A stretch of 49,614 nucleotides of DNA, the filler included, from Trypethelium eluteriae (taxonomy: Eukaryota), in the NCBI GenBank assembly GCA_051942245.1. It is 2 parts of 2 records of this genome, joined end to end, with 100 filler letters (N's around TTAATTAATTAA, not from the genome) between each part and the next. Parts side by side here need not be neighbours in the genome. Positions count along the whole stretch, not along the records: positions 1 to 24,770 come from JAVECL010000392.1; positions 24,871 to 49,614 come from JAVECL010000393.1. The stretch is one strand, 5' to 3'. Each line of letters begins with the position of its first letter. Within the stretch, counting starts at the first letter, position 1. The position numbers were made by a program, and so were the translations under genes. This document shows, in pieces, positions 12,545 to 25,040 of the stretch. A model generated the notes under the pieces. That model did no database searches. It was not told where the DNA came from and worked only from the letters and a program-made list of their open reading frames with translations.

Positions 12545-13469
12545 ATTTCCAAAACTATCCCAGCAACTTTATAATTCTTGGGAATCCCGTCATTTGCCAG
12601 TCAAAGATATTCCACACTTTCCCCAGAACCTCTTTGGACCTGTTTTAGCCAATGGGATTGTCTCAATGTTGGGTGTGCTGACATGGTATCTCAAGGAGGA
12701 CTCACTACCAAACAGTTGGAAAAACAAAAGAAAATTGCCAAGACATGTGTTCCTCTCCAATGGCTTATTAAACTTAAGGTGTTAATCAAATGGAGATAAT
12801 TCGCAACACAATCATTTTTAGAACACTAAATCAACTCATGGGTGTGGAAAGTCCGTGATTCTAAGAGACCGTTTTCAGAGGGAAAGGCAGCGACACACGT
12901 CGCTTGGTAACTACCGAGCACCTTGTTGCCACACGTGAGGGATTAAAAGAAAGTCCAGAAAGCTGATCAAGGGAATCAAAGTGAGTGAGTGAGTGAGCGA
13001 GTGTCAAGAAGGTGGATGCAAGGATCTTAGGATGCCACCGAGCGGTGGCTGGAAATTTACATATTCGGCGAGAACCCATCGCTTAGTATAGTACAAGATG
13101 GGCTCAAAGTCAGAAAAAAAAAACCTGTGGTACTATTTTCTAATCGAAAAAGGGACGGGTCTTGAAAATTGTTTCTTTATTTCCGAGGGATACTAAAGTG
13201 AGTCTTTTGGAGCTGCTGTCGAATCTGAGCTAGTACTTTGTCCTCTACGCTCGTTCGTTGTTTGTTATTTTCTATCATTCATTGGTTTATTCATGGAGAT
13301 GTAGTTAGCTGTTTAATCGGGTATAAATAGTCTTAGAGTTTTCGCTCTCTTAATTTGATGTACGCGTTACAGGCAGAACTCAAGAAGATAGAGACTTTCA
13401 TTCGTATTCTTATCATTATGCACCATAACTTCGTGTCTCTCATATCCCTCCATTGCAGCGATAATCGCA

Positions 13470-15137
13470 CTATGAGGTCCTGAGACGTCGTACTGCTGCC
13501 AGCAAGCGGATGTTTCTCATCCTCATCGGCACCAGTTGTGGATTAAAGACGGCATATGGTGGCTTGAAGATGCGAATGAGCTGCGCAGGTGTTGACTCAG
13601 GAGTTTCCCCTTCGGAACTTTCGTCCATCTCCTTGACAGACTGTAGCCTTAACAACAGACGAAGGGGCGATTGGGACATGATGTCCCGTAGAGTCCGGTA
13701 GTCCTCGAGATGTCCTCCTGCAAAACAAAGGCGCTGTTCATCCGAAGGGATGCCTTCTTTCCTCTCTACATAGTTCTTCACGTCCCTCACAGTTGAATTC
13801 AAACTGCCAACGTTGCCATACCAATTGATTACCGTGCCCATAGCTGCTTGGATTAGTCAGGTTGAATACAAAACGTAGTTGCGAGAGGCTTACGAGTTTT
13901 GATCCGAATCTGGCTATAATCATCCCCATCCTCATTCTCATTTCCTCGCACACGCAGATTAGCAAAGAGCGTAGAATCCTTTCTTACGTCGTAGTCATCC
14001 AGTATGCGTCCCAGCTCGAGGACCTTGCCAGAGTAAGTGAGGAAAACACTGTGCGGCGGAACGCCAGTACGAACGGCCAGAAAGGCCAGAACCTCATCCA
14101 CTAAAGTATAAGATGAGAACATGAATCCGAGTGAAGTTTTTGTCAGGCCTTTGATAAACAACTGCACCGGTTCTGTGTGCGCTACACTGGGGACTGGGAT
14201 TTGATTCTGAAATCGTGTAACAGAGGCTTCAGAGTTCGCAATAATTGACGCCTGGACTATGCCATGTGTTGACTCTTGCTTCCGTCGTAGGGCCGCTGAA
14301 ATGTTTGAGCTCGCGACGATCGATGAATGCGTCCGACTTTGGGCTGAGTAGTAACTCGAATTGTTGTGACTGCTGGAGACAGCAGTATACGATATTCCGG
14401 CGGAGCTAACATGGAGGCTGGGCGTCGAGCCACTGACTCTTTCTGACCAGGACGGAATTATTGACTCCGCGCTACGGACACATGATCGTATCGTATGATC
14501 ATAGTTGGCGATGATAACTTCATTATCACTTGATCTCTCATGCATACGGTCGATTTTCTCAAGCAGAGCTGACAGGTCGGTTTTCAGCTTGTTGACTTCC
14601 AGCTCTATCCTCGTAGTACTTAATGCTGTCGAGGCGGTGTTGATGCTGCATGACTATTAAGTGATCTTGCCGGTATAAATTTCCATTTTGTACTACTTAC
14701 TAGTTGGCCACGGAAAGCGCCACGTTCAGCGTGTTCTTGTGAGCGGCCAGCTCTTGCCGAAGCTTCCTGATGCTGCTCTCCTTCCATGTTGCTTGTACCC
14801 TTTGCCATGTGTTCAAATCTTCCGTTGTCGGACCTTTGCGGAACTGGCATACGATTGTGTTAAGCTTCTCGAATGTATCGACACAGTTTTTGAGGACAGT
14901 CTCGAGGTCGGGGTACGTTATGGGATGGAGGACTCCGGCCGACGTGGTTTCATCGTCGAGATAGCCCTGCAAAGTGCCCAAGACACTATAGAAAGCCTTC
15001 AGATCTATTGAGAGGTCTTTGAAATGTCTCGGGGCATGAGCAAGCTTGTCGATCGTTTCGTAGATGGTCTGGCATAATTTGAAGGCGACTGGCAGTAGGC
15101 CAGCTACGCCAGTCGCAATGGAGAACGGGTCGGTCAT
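13470..15137 (-). CDS. HeLo-like/SesA-type fungal N-terminal domain fused to two ubiquitin-like domains (~520 aa; exons 15137-14701, 14645-13894, 13843-13470)
   Basis: The N-terminus MTDPFSIATGVAGLL...LSIDLKAFYSVLGTL...LKNC...WQRVQATWKESSIRKLRQELAAHKNTLNVAL resembles the fungal N-terminal domain of STAND proteins. Ubl1 is QLFIKGL...GVPPHSVFLTYSGKVLELGRILDDYDVRKDSTLFANLRVRG. Ubl2 is QIRIKTPMGTVI...TVRDVKNYVERKEGIPSDEQRLCFAGGHLEDYRTL. Both GT-AG introns (55 and 50 nt) keep the frame. Confidence 0.8.
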
Positions 15138-16077
15138 CGAAGGAAAGATTGATAAGACATCGTATTAGACGAGATAATGAGAAGAGCCCGACAAGGTTCA
15201 AGAAACCGCATCAGATACCATAAGAGAAGAAGTCGAGTGGAATCCAGACGAGGCTGAGAATAAGGCATAGTTCGCAACTCTACGCCAATGATCGCACGAA
15301 GCACTCATTCTCTGCCCATCCGCCACTCACATCGCATAGCTGAGTACCGTAGAATCTCAATTTGGCCGGTTTTGCCCTGATGGCCCCGGACTAGAGCGTT
15401 GTTTAAGTAGGCTAAGAGGTACGAAAATACTGTCTCAAAGACGAGATACCTTCATTTTGGCTTGTTACGAAGGGTGGCACGCGGTATGGTGGAGTCTTTC
15501 AAGAGTATTTAAACAACTTAATTACCTATAATATTCTAAATCTAAATAACCTTAAAGTTTTCACTTCTTTTAATTTCTAAGACTATTCAATAGCCTTTGG
15601 TGAGTACTCTAAACCATCGGAGCTTTTGATCTAATATATTTACAACTAAAGTTCGATAGCTGCCGCGTGATGCAAGTTACCCGCTGTACGTTATACATGG
15701 CTGATCAATCACGCGTTTCAGCCAGGCACAGAATGAATTTCTGAATTATCACTTCTCCGCTCGACAAGTGTGCAATAGTATTCAAATCTTTCCATTCATG
15801 ATTCAGCGAGGATATAGAATCTAAGAGGACATAATTCGCAAAATGGCCGCTGCTCTTCTACGTGTGAAACACCTTCAAGGCAAGGACTTTCCCATGTTTT
15901 GCGGGTACAAACGTCGCAATCATATGTACTGAATCCAAGTCGCCCATTTGACAATTGAGAGATGAAACACTTATTCCAGAGTCATAATCGCATTCTCATC
16001 TCCTAGCATACACCAGGTATTGCTTGATGCTGGACTCTTAAGCATAACTCCTTGAGCGGGCGTAGCACGAAACAAAT

Positions 16078-17373
<1,296 letters not shown>

Positions 17374-18859
17374 TTTGCTAAATCACTCGCGCAATTGAAT
17401 TCACAGCTAAGCTGAGAAGTGCTTCGAAGTTAGAGTAGTAGTTCTGGGGCTTCCTCGAAAGATAAATTGTTGAGGGCTAGGTTTCGGCTTTCGGAGGCGT
17501 GATGGAGGACAAAGATTTTGAAGGAACTAAGAATGATTGACACTGCTATGAGCATTGTGTTAGCGATTGTCCGATTGAGCAGGAACGAAGACAATACGGA
17601 GTGTGGGAACTATTGATCGGAGCCCAGATCCCTGCAACCCACGTGTAGCTGCTCAGCGGGGAGTGGCGGCTTCAATGCAGTCCAATTGCTGGCGATGGAA
17701 CCGTGGATCAGAATTGCGTGCCTGGAAATCTTGCGATCTTCTGGCTGCTAGCTCTGCTTCTCGAAAACTACCGAAAGCTTCTGTGGACGCTTCCCCGGGA
17801 ACAGCTGCAGTCGGAACTCGTGTGCCACGAACAAAGGGCTCGGTAAGTTGTGTCACGTACCTTTCCAAATCTAGCACACCGAAATCAACCCTTCGATTGT
17901 ACTATAGTATGGGATCGTCTTTTCTCTGACAGCTTGAGTCCAGCTCGGTTGTCGTTTCAGGTGATAGACAATATTGACTTGCTCAATATGCAAGCTCAAC
18001 AGCGAGTACGCGACCCCAAAGAGATTTCAATGCGTCTTTGTCGGGTTAGAGGCGCACCGAATTGGACAGGAGTGGTACGAAGAGTAACGTGGAGTGACGG
18101 GGCGTGCTTGAATCGAAGATGCCGGTAGCTGGACCGATGCGGCAGTGAGGTGGGGTGACTGTGTCAGTAAGAGGCTGTGAGGGGAAGTCTGTAGACGTAA
18201 GAAGTCAGCCAGGGCACGGTCTCTGGCGACATATTCTCGCGCGGATTATAGACAGGGTGACGGGGTTGGAGAGTGGATATTTGATGTACCTGGTTGAGTG
18301 TTGCGAACTGGCCGATTGAGGCGTGTGAGGCTACGTTCGGGCTCTCACGGGCCCCGCGCTGGCAGAAAGATCGATAAAGGGCGGCGTCACACAGTGAAAG
18401 CAATGATTGAGGAGGGAATCTGGTGGGAGGAGATCTGGCGGACCAGCGAAGAGCGGCCTTTGGTTTTGACAAGCAATGCAGATTTCCGCCGTGGCAGTGA
18501 GAGATGTTGGTGCAGGTAGGTTGGGGGGACGCGATTGGGGCAACCCTGTAGGGAGTAGAGCCAGCTGATTTGTCTTTGGCGCCCGTCAGACAGACAGACG
18601 GCCAGTCCTGGACGAGTTGGCTTGGACCTTGCAGCCACCAGGGGCAGCAGTACCTGAAACACGAAACCTGTCTGCTTGGTTGTTGCAGCAGCAGCAGGCT
18701 ATGACCTCAACTCCTAGAGACGTCATGCCTCCAGGCTCGGACGTCAGTGCTTGCGGTGAGAAGTGCGTCCCTCTTACATAGCCTATTTGACAAACTTTAT
18801 GGATATATACAAGATAGAGAAAGGGATTTAGTGGCGCCGCACATCTATCTCTGAACAGA

Positions 18860-20524
18860 CTAGATCTCATCTGTACCTCTCATCTCTGCCTGTGCCCTTC
18901 TTCTTTCTTTGTTATCTTTCCTAATCATCTTGTGCTCGGCCTGCCTGATCCATAGCTCATCTTGTCTCTCTGCAGCCTTCTTCTTCTCGTATTGGTCGGC
19001 CTTTTTCATGAATTCTCTGCTGAGATTTCTCTCAGTGCGCCGCTCTGTATCGGAGGTGCCACTACCAAGCATGCCACCAGTAGTGCGCCAAAGGCTTTGC
19101 TTCATCTCTGATATAGCGCCCTCCACTTCGCCCCTGGCGCTCTGAATCATCGTTTTTTTTGGCTTTTCGGGGGCCTGATAAGTCTTCAGAGGATTGACAA
19201 TCGATCGTGCCGCACTTTTGACTTCTGTGGGCGTTATCCTGATTTTAGGTGCCTGGTGTGGTTTACCAGAGTCAGGAGGACTTTTTATTATCGGGTACAG
19301 GCCCGTAAGCTCTCGGAATCGTGGGTCGCGTAGGAGTCGAGCTTGAATCGCACCCCATATTGTTGCGACAAGGATGGTAAGCTGGACAGCCGCCGGCACC
19401 CAGTTCGTGAATACAAGAGCAAGAGCAGGAAATACGATCTGCAAAATTTTCATAGTCCTTTGATTGAACGTGTCAGTTTGCACACCTGTCTCGCCGCCTT
19501 TCTGTAGAAATTCAGCGTAGGCCTTAGCATGACTTCCACGAGTTGTAGAGAACTTTAACTGGGCGTCACACATACCTTAAGCAAGTAGTATATGAGACCT
19601 GAACAGACAACCGGAAGGATATGGTATGGATCCGCTTGTGTAAGATTTTGCACCCAAAGAAAGCCCCCATCGAGGAAACCTGGAACTGGCAATGCACTCA
19701 TGGTACGCAGTAAATTGAAGGAAGATATCCCGATCCACATTGGCACGAGGGCTGGCAGTACCATCTTCAACGGATGTGTCTCCGCACTCTGGAAAGCGCT
19801 AGAGATCTCGCGCATAGCCTCTTGCTTCATATTATCATCCTTCGCTAGCGTTGCCCTCTGGAACTTCTCACGTGCTGGTGTGATTGCAGGTCCCATGGCC
19901 GCCATCCTGGCTGAGGTGTTTGACAAACTCATTGTCAGAGGGAAGCACATCACTCGGAACAAGACAGTTGTAAGTACAATAGATAACCACCAAGGGGTGC
20001 CACTCAAGACGTGGATATGTTCCAGTGTCCATTCAATGGTGGCGCGAGCGCCCCAGTTGTACTCAACACCAAGCTCGCGGAGGAAGCCAATGTGCTCAGA
20101 CATGGTGATGCCATCTTTGCTGAAATTCGCTAGCTCGTCGAAATTGATCTGCTCGAAAGACCCAGAAGGCTCGGAATATTTCTGTGAAGAGGCATCGGGT
20201 ATAGGAGTTTGGGACGGAGTCGTAGAATTAAACCGTACACCGAGAGATGTAGAGCAAAGCGATGGAATGAGATTCGCTTGCCGATGCCACTGCGGTGATG
20301 ATGACTTGCTTCTCAAAGGTGTTAATGAAGGTCTGGAGGCTCTAATGTTCGTAGAAAAGAAGCTCTTAGGTCCTCTGGTGGGCGCCTGAGACTATCAGAA
20401 GGTATTTCTGCTTGACTCTTAAGAACGGACCAACCTTGCGAAAAGAAGCTATCCCCGAGTAAGCTGTCCCGTTTATGGTGTTGATAGTGAAGCCGTAACA
20501 GGCAAAACCTCTGCTCGGTGGCAT
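18860..20524 (-). CDS. OXA1: Mitochondrial inner-membrane insertase Oxa1 (YidC/Oxa1 family), multi-exon
   Basis: IGFLRELGVEYNWG...LEHIHVLSGTPWWLSIVLTTVLFR, LPVPGFLDGGFLWVQNLTQADPYHILP, basic C-terminal tail. The start MPPSRG is inferred. Confidence 0.9.
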
Positions 20525-21011
20525 TTTGATGTTCTCGCATCGTGCCGTTGCCAATTCTGATCAGGGAATTGTAAAACAACGCACGGACCTCTTCGTAATA
20601 TTCAAGATGAACGTTATGAGGTTGATAATTCACTCGCCCAGCGTGCCTGGCGAAGAGCAATCATTTCGTACAAGATGGGTACCTCAAGATTTAATTACAC
20701 GATATCATTGGTCCAAAATACAGCGTCGAAGATCGATTGATCGGGAAGGGCCCGGATTAGGAGAAACAAAAGCTACTCAAGACCTGGGTTGGCATGGATA
20801 TGTTCTTTTTGATGAGCTATTTAACCCTCCTACATTGATCAAACTCCGCCTCATTCCCTCTCTGTGATACCTGATCGGAGTGGCAATATCTAACGCCTTA
20901 TGTAATGCGCGCACAGCGCCGGATGCTATGCCGTTGGCTCTTATGCTGGCCCATCTATGTACAAATCACAATTGAAGTGGTGATTGTAACTCCTTCGCTG
21001 CCCGCGTACAG

Positions 21012-21480
21012 TCATTCCAATGCTGTGTACGCATCTAACTCCTCTCCACTCCTGCGTCTTCTTTCTATAGGATCTTGTCGAACTTCAATCCCAGGCCCCG
21101 CTGATCGGCTGTTGCGATGGGATGGAAAGATCTGGAAACTGTCAATATCTATCTGCGGGAAATCTGTAGAAGACGAGTTGAAGCCGCGTATTGGGTATTC
21201 TGACCTTTGTCTCCGACCAGCCTAAATTGAAGGCAATTTCGTGAGCGAACAACTCCCCGAACCCCAGCATCAGGCCATTGATAAACGGTAAAACCAAGTT
21301 GATGGCAGCCCCTCGTACCAAGCTCCATACTGTAGGTTGAGTGTAGAGTATCAGAGGCGAGCCTTCTTCAGGAGGAGGAGAGTCTGATAATTCATTGTTC
21401 GCTTCGTAATTCTCGCTGTCGGAGGGCATGGTCAAGGACGAGTCGGAGAGGTCGGTTTGACCTGGACGATTGGAGGTCAT
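21012..21480 (-). CDS. MIM1: Mitochondrial outer-membrane import protein Mim1/Tom13 (1 intron)
   Basis: AAINLVLPFINGLMLGFGELFAHEIAFNLGW signature; the second exon is IFPSHR...DAYTALE-stop. Confidence 0.92.
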
Positions 21481-21859
21481 GATGCATCGAGGGAAGCCTG
21501 CGATGAGAAGCTCGTAGGGTATCGGGTTTCAAGTAGTTCGATATAGCCGGTTCACTTCATTGTTCTTTGCGATCATGGTGAGATAGAAGGGTCGCAGTTA
21601 CGAAGGTGAGGCACCAGTGGCACCGTGGATCGGCGGCGATTAATGGTCGGTACCGCCGAACGAATGACGTTTTTCAGGCGCCGATTTCTTGAGCTCACCA
21701 CCTCACCAAACATTCCGAGACTCACATTATTGCTCACAATACCTACCCCTCGAGGCGTTATATATGCTTGAGGACCGTATTCGATACGCCCTTTCTGGCC
21801 GCTGGACTGCTACTGACCGGGATCCAACTTCTGCATCTTTAATATCTTCGAGCGACAAC

Positions 21860-23240
21860 ATGGATCAGGACCGAAATGCTCTTGTTGCTGAGTTCTGCAG
21901 CATTACTGGCGCATCTGCTCAGGAAGTGAGTGACTATTGCCGGAACTTTCTGCTTGTTAACTAATTCGATTAATAGGCCCAGCTAGCTCTTGGTGCAAGT
22001 CAGTGGGACCTTGACTCGGCAGTCGCTCTATATTATGCCAACCAGGATCAGGAAGCCGGCGATGATGATGAACCCTTGGATCCAGATCAGGCTGAACCAT
22101 CATCAACATCAACATCAACACCAGCACCATATAGTGGTGGACGCACATTAGGGGGGGACGGAATACCTTCACGACCAGTTCCCGGCCCTTCCTCATCAGC
22201 ACCCTCGCAGCCGAGAAACACTACTCGCCCAGCAAGAACGCAAGGTGGAATGAGAACGCTGCAGGATCTCCAGGGAGCGGGACCATCGCGGGGTCAAAGT
22301 CATGGTCACGCCCATGGCGACGACGACGACGACGATGATGAGAACGACCAGGACTTGTTTGCTGGAGGTGAGAAATCGGGTCTCGCGGTGCAAAATCCAA
22401 ACAACGCTCAAGATCATATTCGCAATATTATCGAACGTGCACGACAGTGAGTCCTCGGTTTTGCCCGATTCTCGTTATCTAGCCCAGAAACTAGAGCGAC
22501 ACTAACACGGGGACAGATCTTTACCACGACCGGGCGGTGATGATGAAGAGCAGCCTCAATCACATTTCACTGGTCAAGGTCAAACCTTAGGTGGTGACGA
22601 TGTTCCCTCTCACATCGTCCCCGACCAATATGGGAATGTTCCTCGTCGACCTGGTCGTGTCAATCGGGTGCTTAACTTATGGCGTGATGGTTTTTCCATA
22701 GATGACGGACCCCTCTGCCGATATGATGACCCACAGCATGCTGCAACGCTGGAGATGATCAATAGAGGACGGGCACCACTTGAGATCCTCAACGTGGAAC
22801 GTGGACAAGAGGTTGATCTCTCTGTCAATCCACGGAAAGACGAAGACTACACAGCACCGAAGAAAGCATTCAAGCCCTTCTCAGGATCAGGACAACGACT
22901 AGGTAGTCCAGCTCCTGGGGTCACGTCTCAATCCAGCCGCTCCACCGCACCGCAAGCCTCCGCTACACAGCCTGCCGAAGTTACCGTCGATGAATCCGCA
23001 CCGATCTTGAGATTGCAGGTACGTCTTGCTGATGGAACGAATCTTCGAACACGGTTCAATAGTACGCATACACTCAGTGATGTCTATCGATTTGTGAACG
23101 CGTCGAATCCCGGCAGCTCCTCAAGACCGTACGTGTTGATGACTACCTTCCCTAACAAGGAGCATACAGACAGCAACACTGCGTTGTCGGAAGTCAAAGA
23201 ACTGTCGCGTGGCGGTAATATCGTGCAGAAATGGTTGTAG
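21860..23240 (+). CDS. SHP1: Cdc48/p97 adaptor Shp1/Ubx1 (UBA-like, SEP, UBX domains; 2 introns)
   Basis: AEFCSITGA (UBA-like), FAGGEKSGLAVQNP, LWRDGFSIDDGPL (SEP), FKPFSGSGQRLGSP (SHP box), QVRLADG...FN...TTFPNK (UBX). Confidence 0.95.
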
Positions 23241-23885
23241 CTGGGGGAGATCTAGATATGCATCTACACGATAATATGGTTCGGACACTAGAATAGATAG
23301 CATTCAGCTCGGCTGTAATGAGACTGAATCTAAGTAGAGACTGGCCAAAGCAAATGGCTTGTGGCCTTAACTCTTATTCCAACATTTCGACATGCATTCA
23401 TCGCGAGAATTCACGGACTTGATTGGCACGAAAGTCGCCGAGAAATATTCCCCACCACCTCCTCGTAATATGACCGTCCCCTTCCATCCAAGCCGTTCGG
23501 TCGACAAATACGTTGGTAGAAATGTAATCTTGGAAGCAACTTCTTGCTCTTTTCAAATTCAAGTAAGTTCTCAGTCAAGATTTTCAAAGACGTACAGAAG
23601 ATCCCTTCTACTATTCTTGCAAATACGCGTCGGAGAGATTTTGACAACACAAGCTGGCCTGAAGGCAACATCTTTTCTCCCTTATTTCTTCCGGCGGATC
23701 CGAACGGAGACATTATGGCACAGTACTAGCATTTAGATAGGTGCATTCGGACCAAGGTATAAATGGCTACCTGGCCTCAAATTGACTTTCTGTGTATGAT
23801 TACCGCATCCTTTTTCAAGTTGCAAACCTTTTCACGCAGATTGCTCAGTAGATTTTCGCTTTCAAAATTTCCAGAAAGGGCTATT

Positions 23886-24770
23886 ATGGAAAAAGCCTAT
23901 GACAGTCTGATTATTGGTGCAGGTCCAGCAGGTCTCAACGCGGCCCTAGGACTTGGACGTGTCCACCGTTCTGCAGCCGTCTTCTCCAACAACAAATTTC
24001 GTAATGATGGCGCACACGCAGCACATACCGTCCTCTCTCGAGACCATGTGAAACCGTCGCTGATCCGAGAGGAGGGCATCAAGGACATTGCAAAGTACAA
24101 TAACACGACACACATCCACACGACAATCACCAAGATCGAAAAGACGACAATCGGAGATCTCTCCGGCTTCACCGCTGAAGACGAAAACGGCCAGACGTAC
24201 ACAGGACGAACCGTCATCCTCGCGACAGGCAGCCAAGACGTCTTCCCCGACCTCCCCGGCTACGCCGCCAACTGGCCCCTCAACATCTACCAATGCCCCT
24301 TCTGCGACGGGCACGAGCGCGCCCACCTCCCCAAGGGCATCCTCGCCATCCCCACCTTCCAGCCCATGCTCGAATCCGTGGGTAGCATGCTGCAACACAT
24401 GTCGTCGCCCGCCCACGCGCCATCCTTCCCGCTCGACCCGTCCCAACCCGCGCACTCCATCACCATCTTCACCAACGGAGCCATCCCCAACACCTCTGAT
24501 CCGAGCATCGCGAACGCCGTCGACACCGCGCGCGCGCTCGGCATGCGCTTCGAGCACCGCAAGATCGCGCAGCTGGTGCCGGCGACGAGGGAGGGCGCGC
24601 CGGCGAGGTCGCAGGAGGACGAGGCGTGTGAGGGCGTGAGTGTCGTGCTGGAGGATGGGACGAGCGTGTATCTGGGCTTTCTCTTCCATAAGCCGCCCAC
24701 GGTGCCGAATGCGCGGGGGCTGATTGAGAAGCTGGGTGTCGAGATGGCGGAGAGTCCCTTCGGGGTAGAT
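23886..24770 (+). CDS. FAD-dependent thioredoxin-reductase-like (GliT/TrxB class) oxidoreductase, 3' end lost in the assembly gap
   Basis: IIGAGPAGLNAALGLGR (GxGxxG), VILATGSQD, YQCPFCDGHE (CxxC); the ORF runs into the N-run. Confidence 0.85.
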
Positions 24771-24870
24771 NNNNNNNNNNNNNNNNNNNNNNNNNNNNNN
24801 NNNNNNNNNNNNNNTTAATTAATTAANNNNNNNNNNNNNNNNNNNNNNNNNNNNNNNNNNNNNNNNNNNN
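24771..24870. other. Artificial scaffold linker: 44 N + TTAATTAATTAA + 44 N
   Basis: Symmetric 100-bp spacer whose 12-mer core gives stop codons in all six frames, a known contig-joining convention. Confidence 0.97.
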
Positions 24871-25040
24871 ATTGTAAGATCAATATGTGTAATCGATATA
24901 TAATGTAGTTCGATTGGCGCGATCGCTCGCTATATCACAAAGTATCGTTGTCGGTTCTTTAGTTCCTGATACACCTAACACCATTTGTCGCGTAGGCACG
25001 ACCTACTAAGAGACGACTGTCTGGTCTGAGGATTGGGAAT

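Noticed and set aside
12842..13110. GGAAAGTCCGTG ... ACAAGATGGGCTCA resembling RNase P/MRP CR-I and CR-V
   Set aside because: The pairing does not fit the canonical P4 with a bulged U, and I found no P1 helix or terminator. An Infernal/Rfam search would be needed, so it is treated as chance.
14230..14450. Possible amyloid signalling motif in the Ser/Asn linker of the HeLo-like/Ubl protein
   Set aside because: No G-x-Q-x-G or HET-s-like pseudo-repeat pattern is visible; it looks like an ordinary Ser-rich linker.
24815..24826. Perfect palindrome TTAATTAATTAA
   Set aside because: It is an assembly linker embedded in Ns, not biological sequence.
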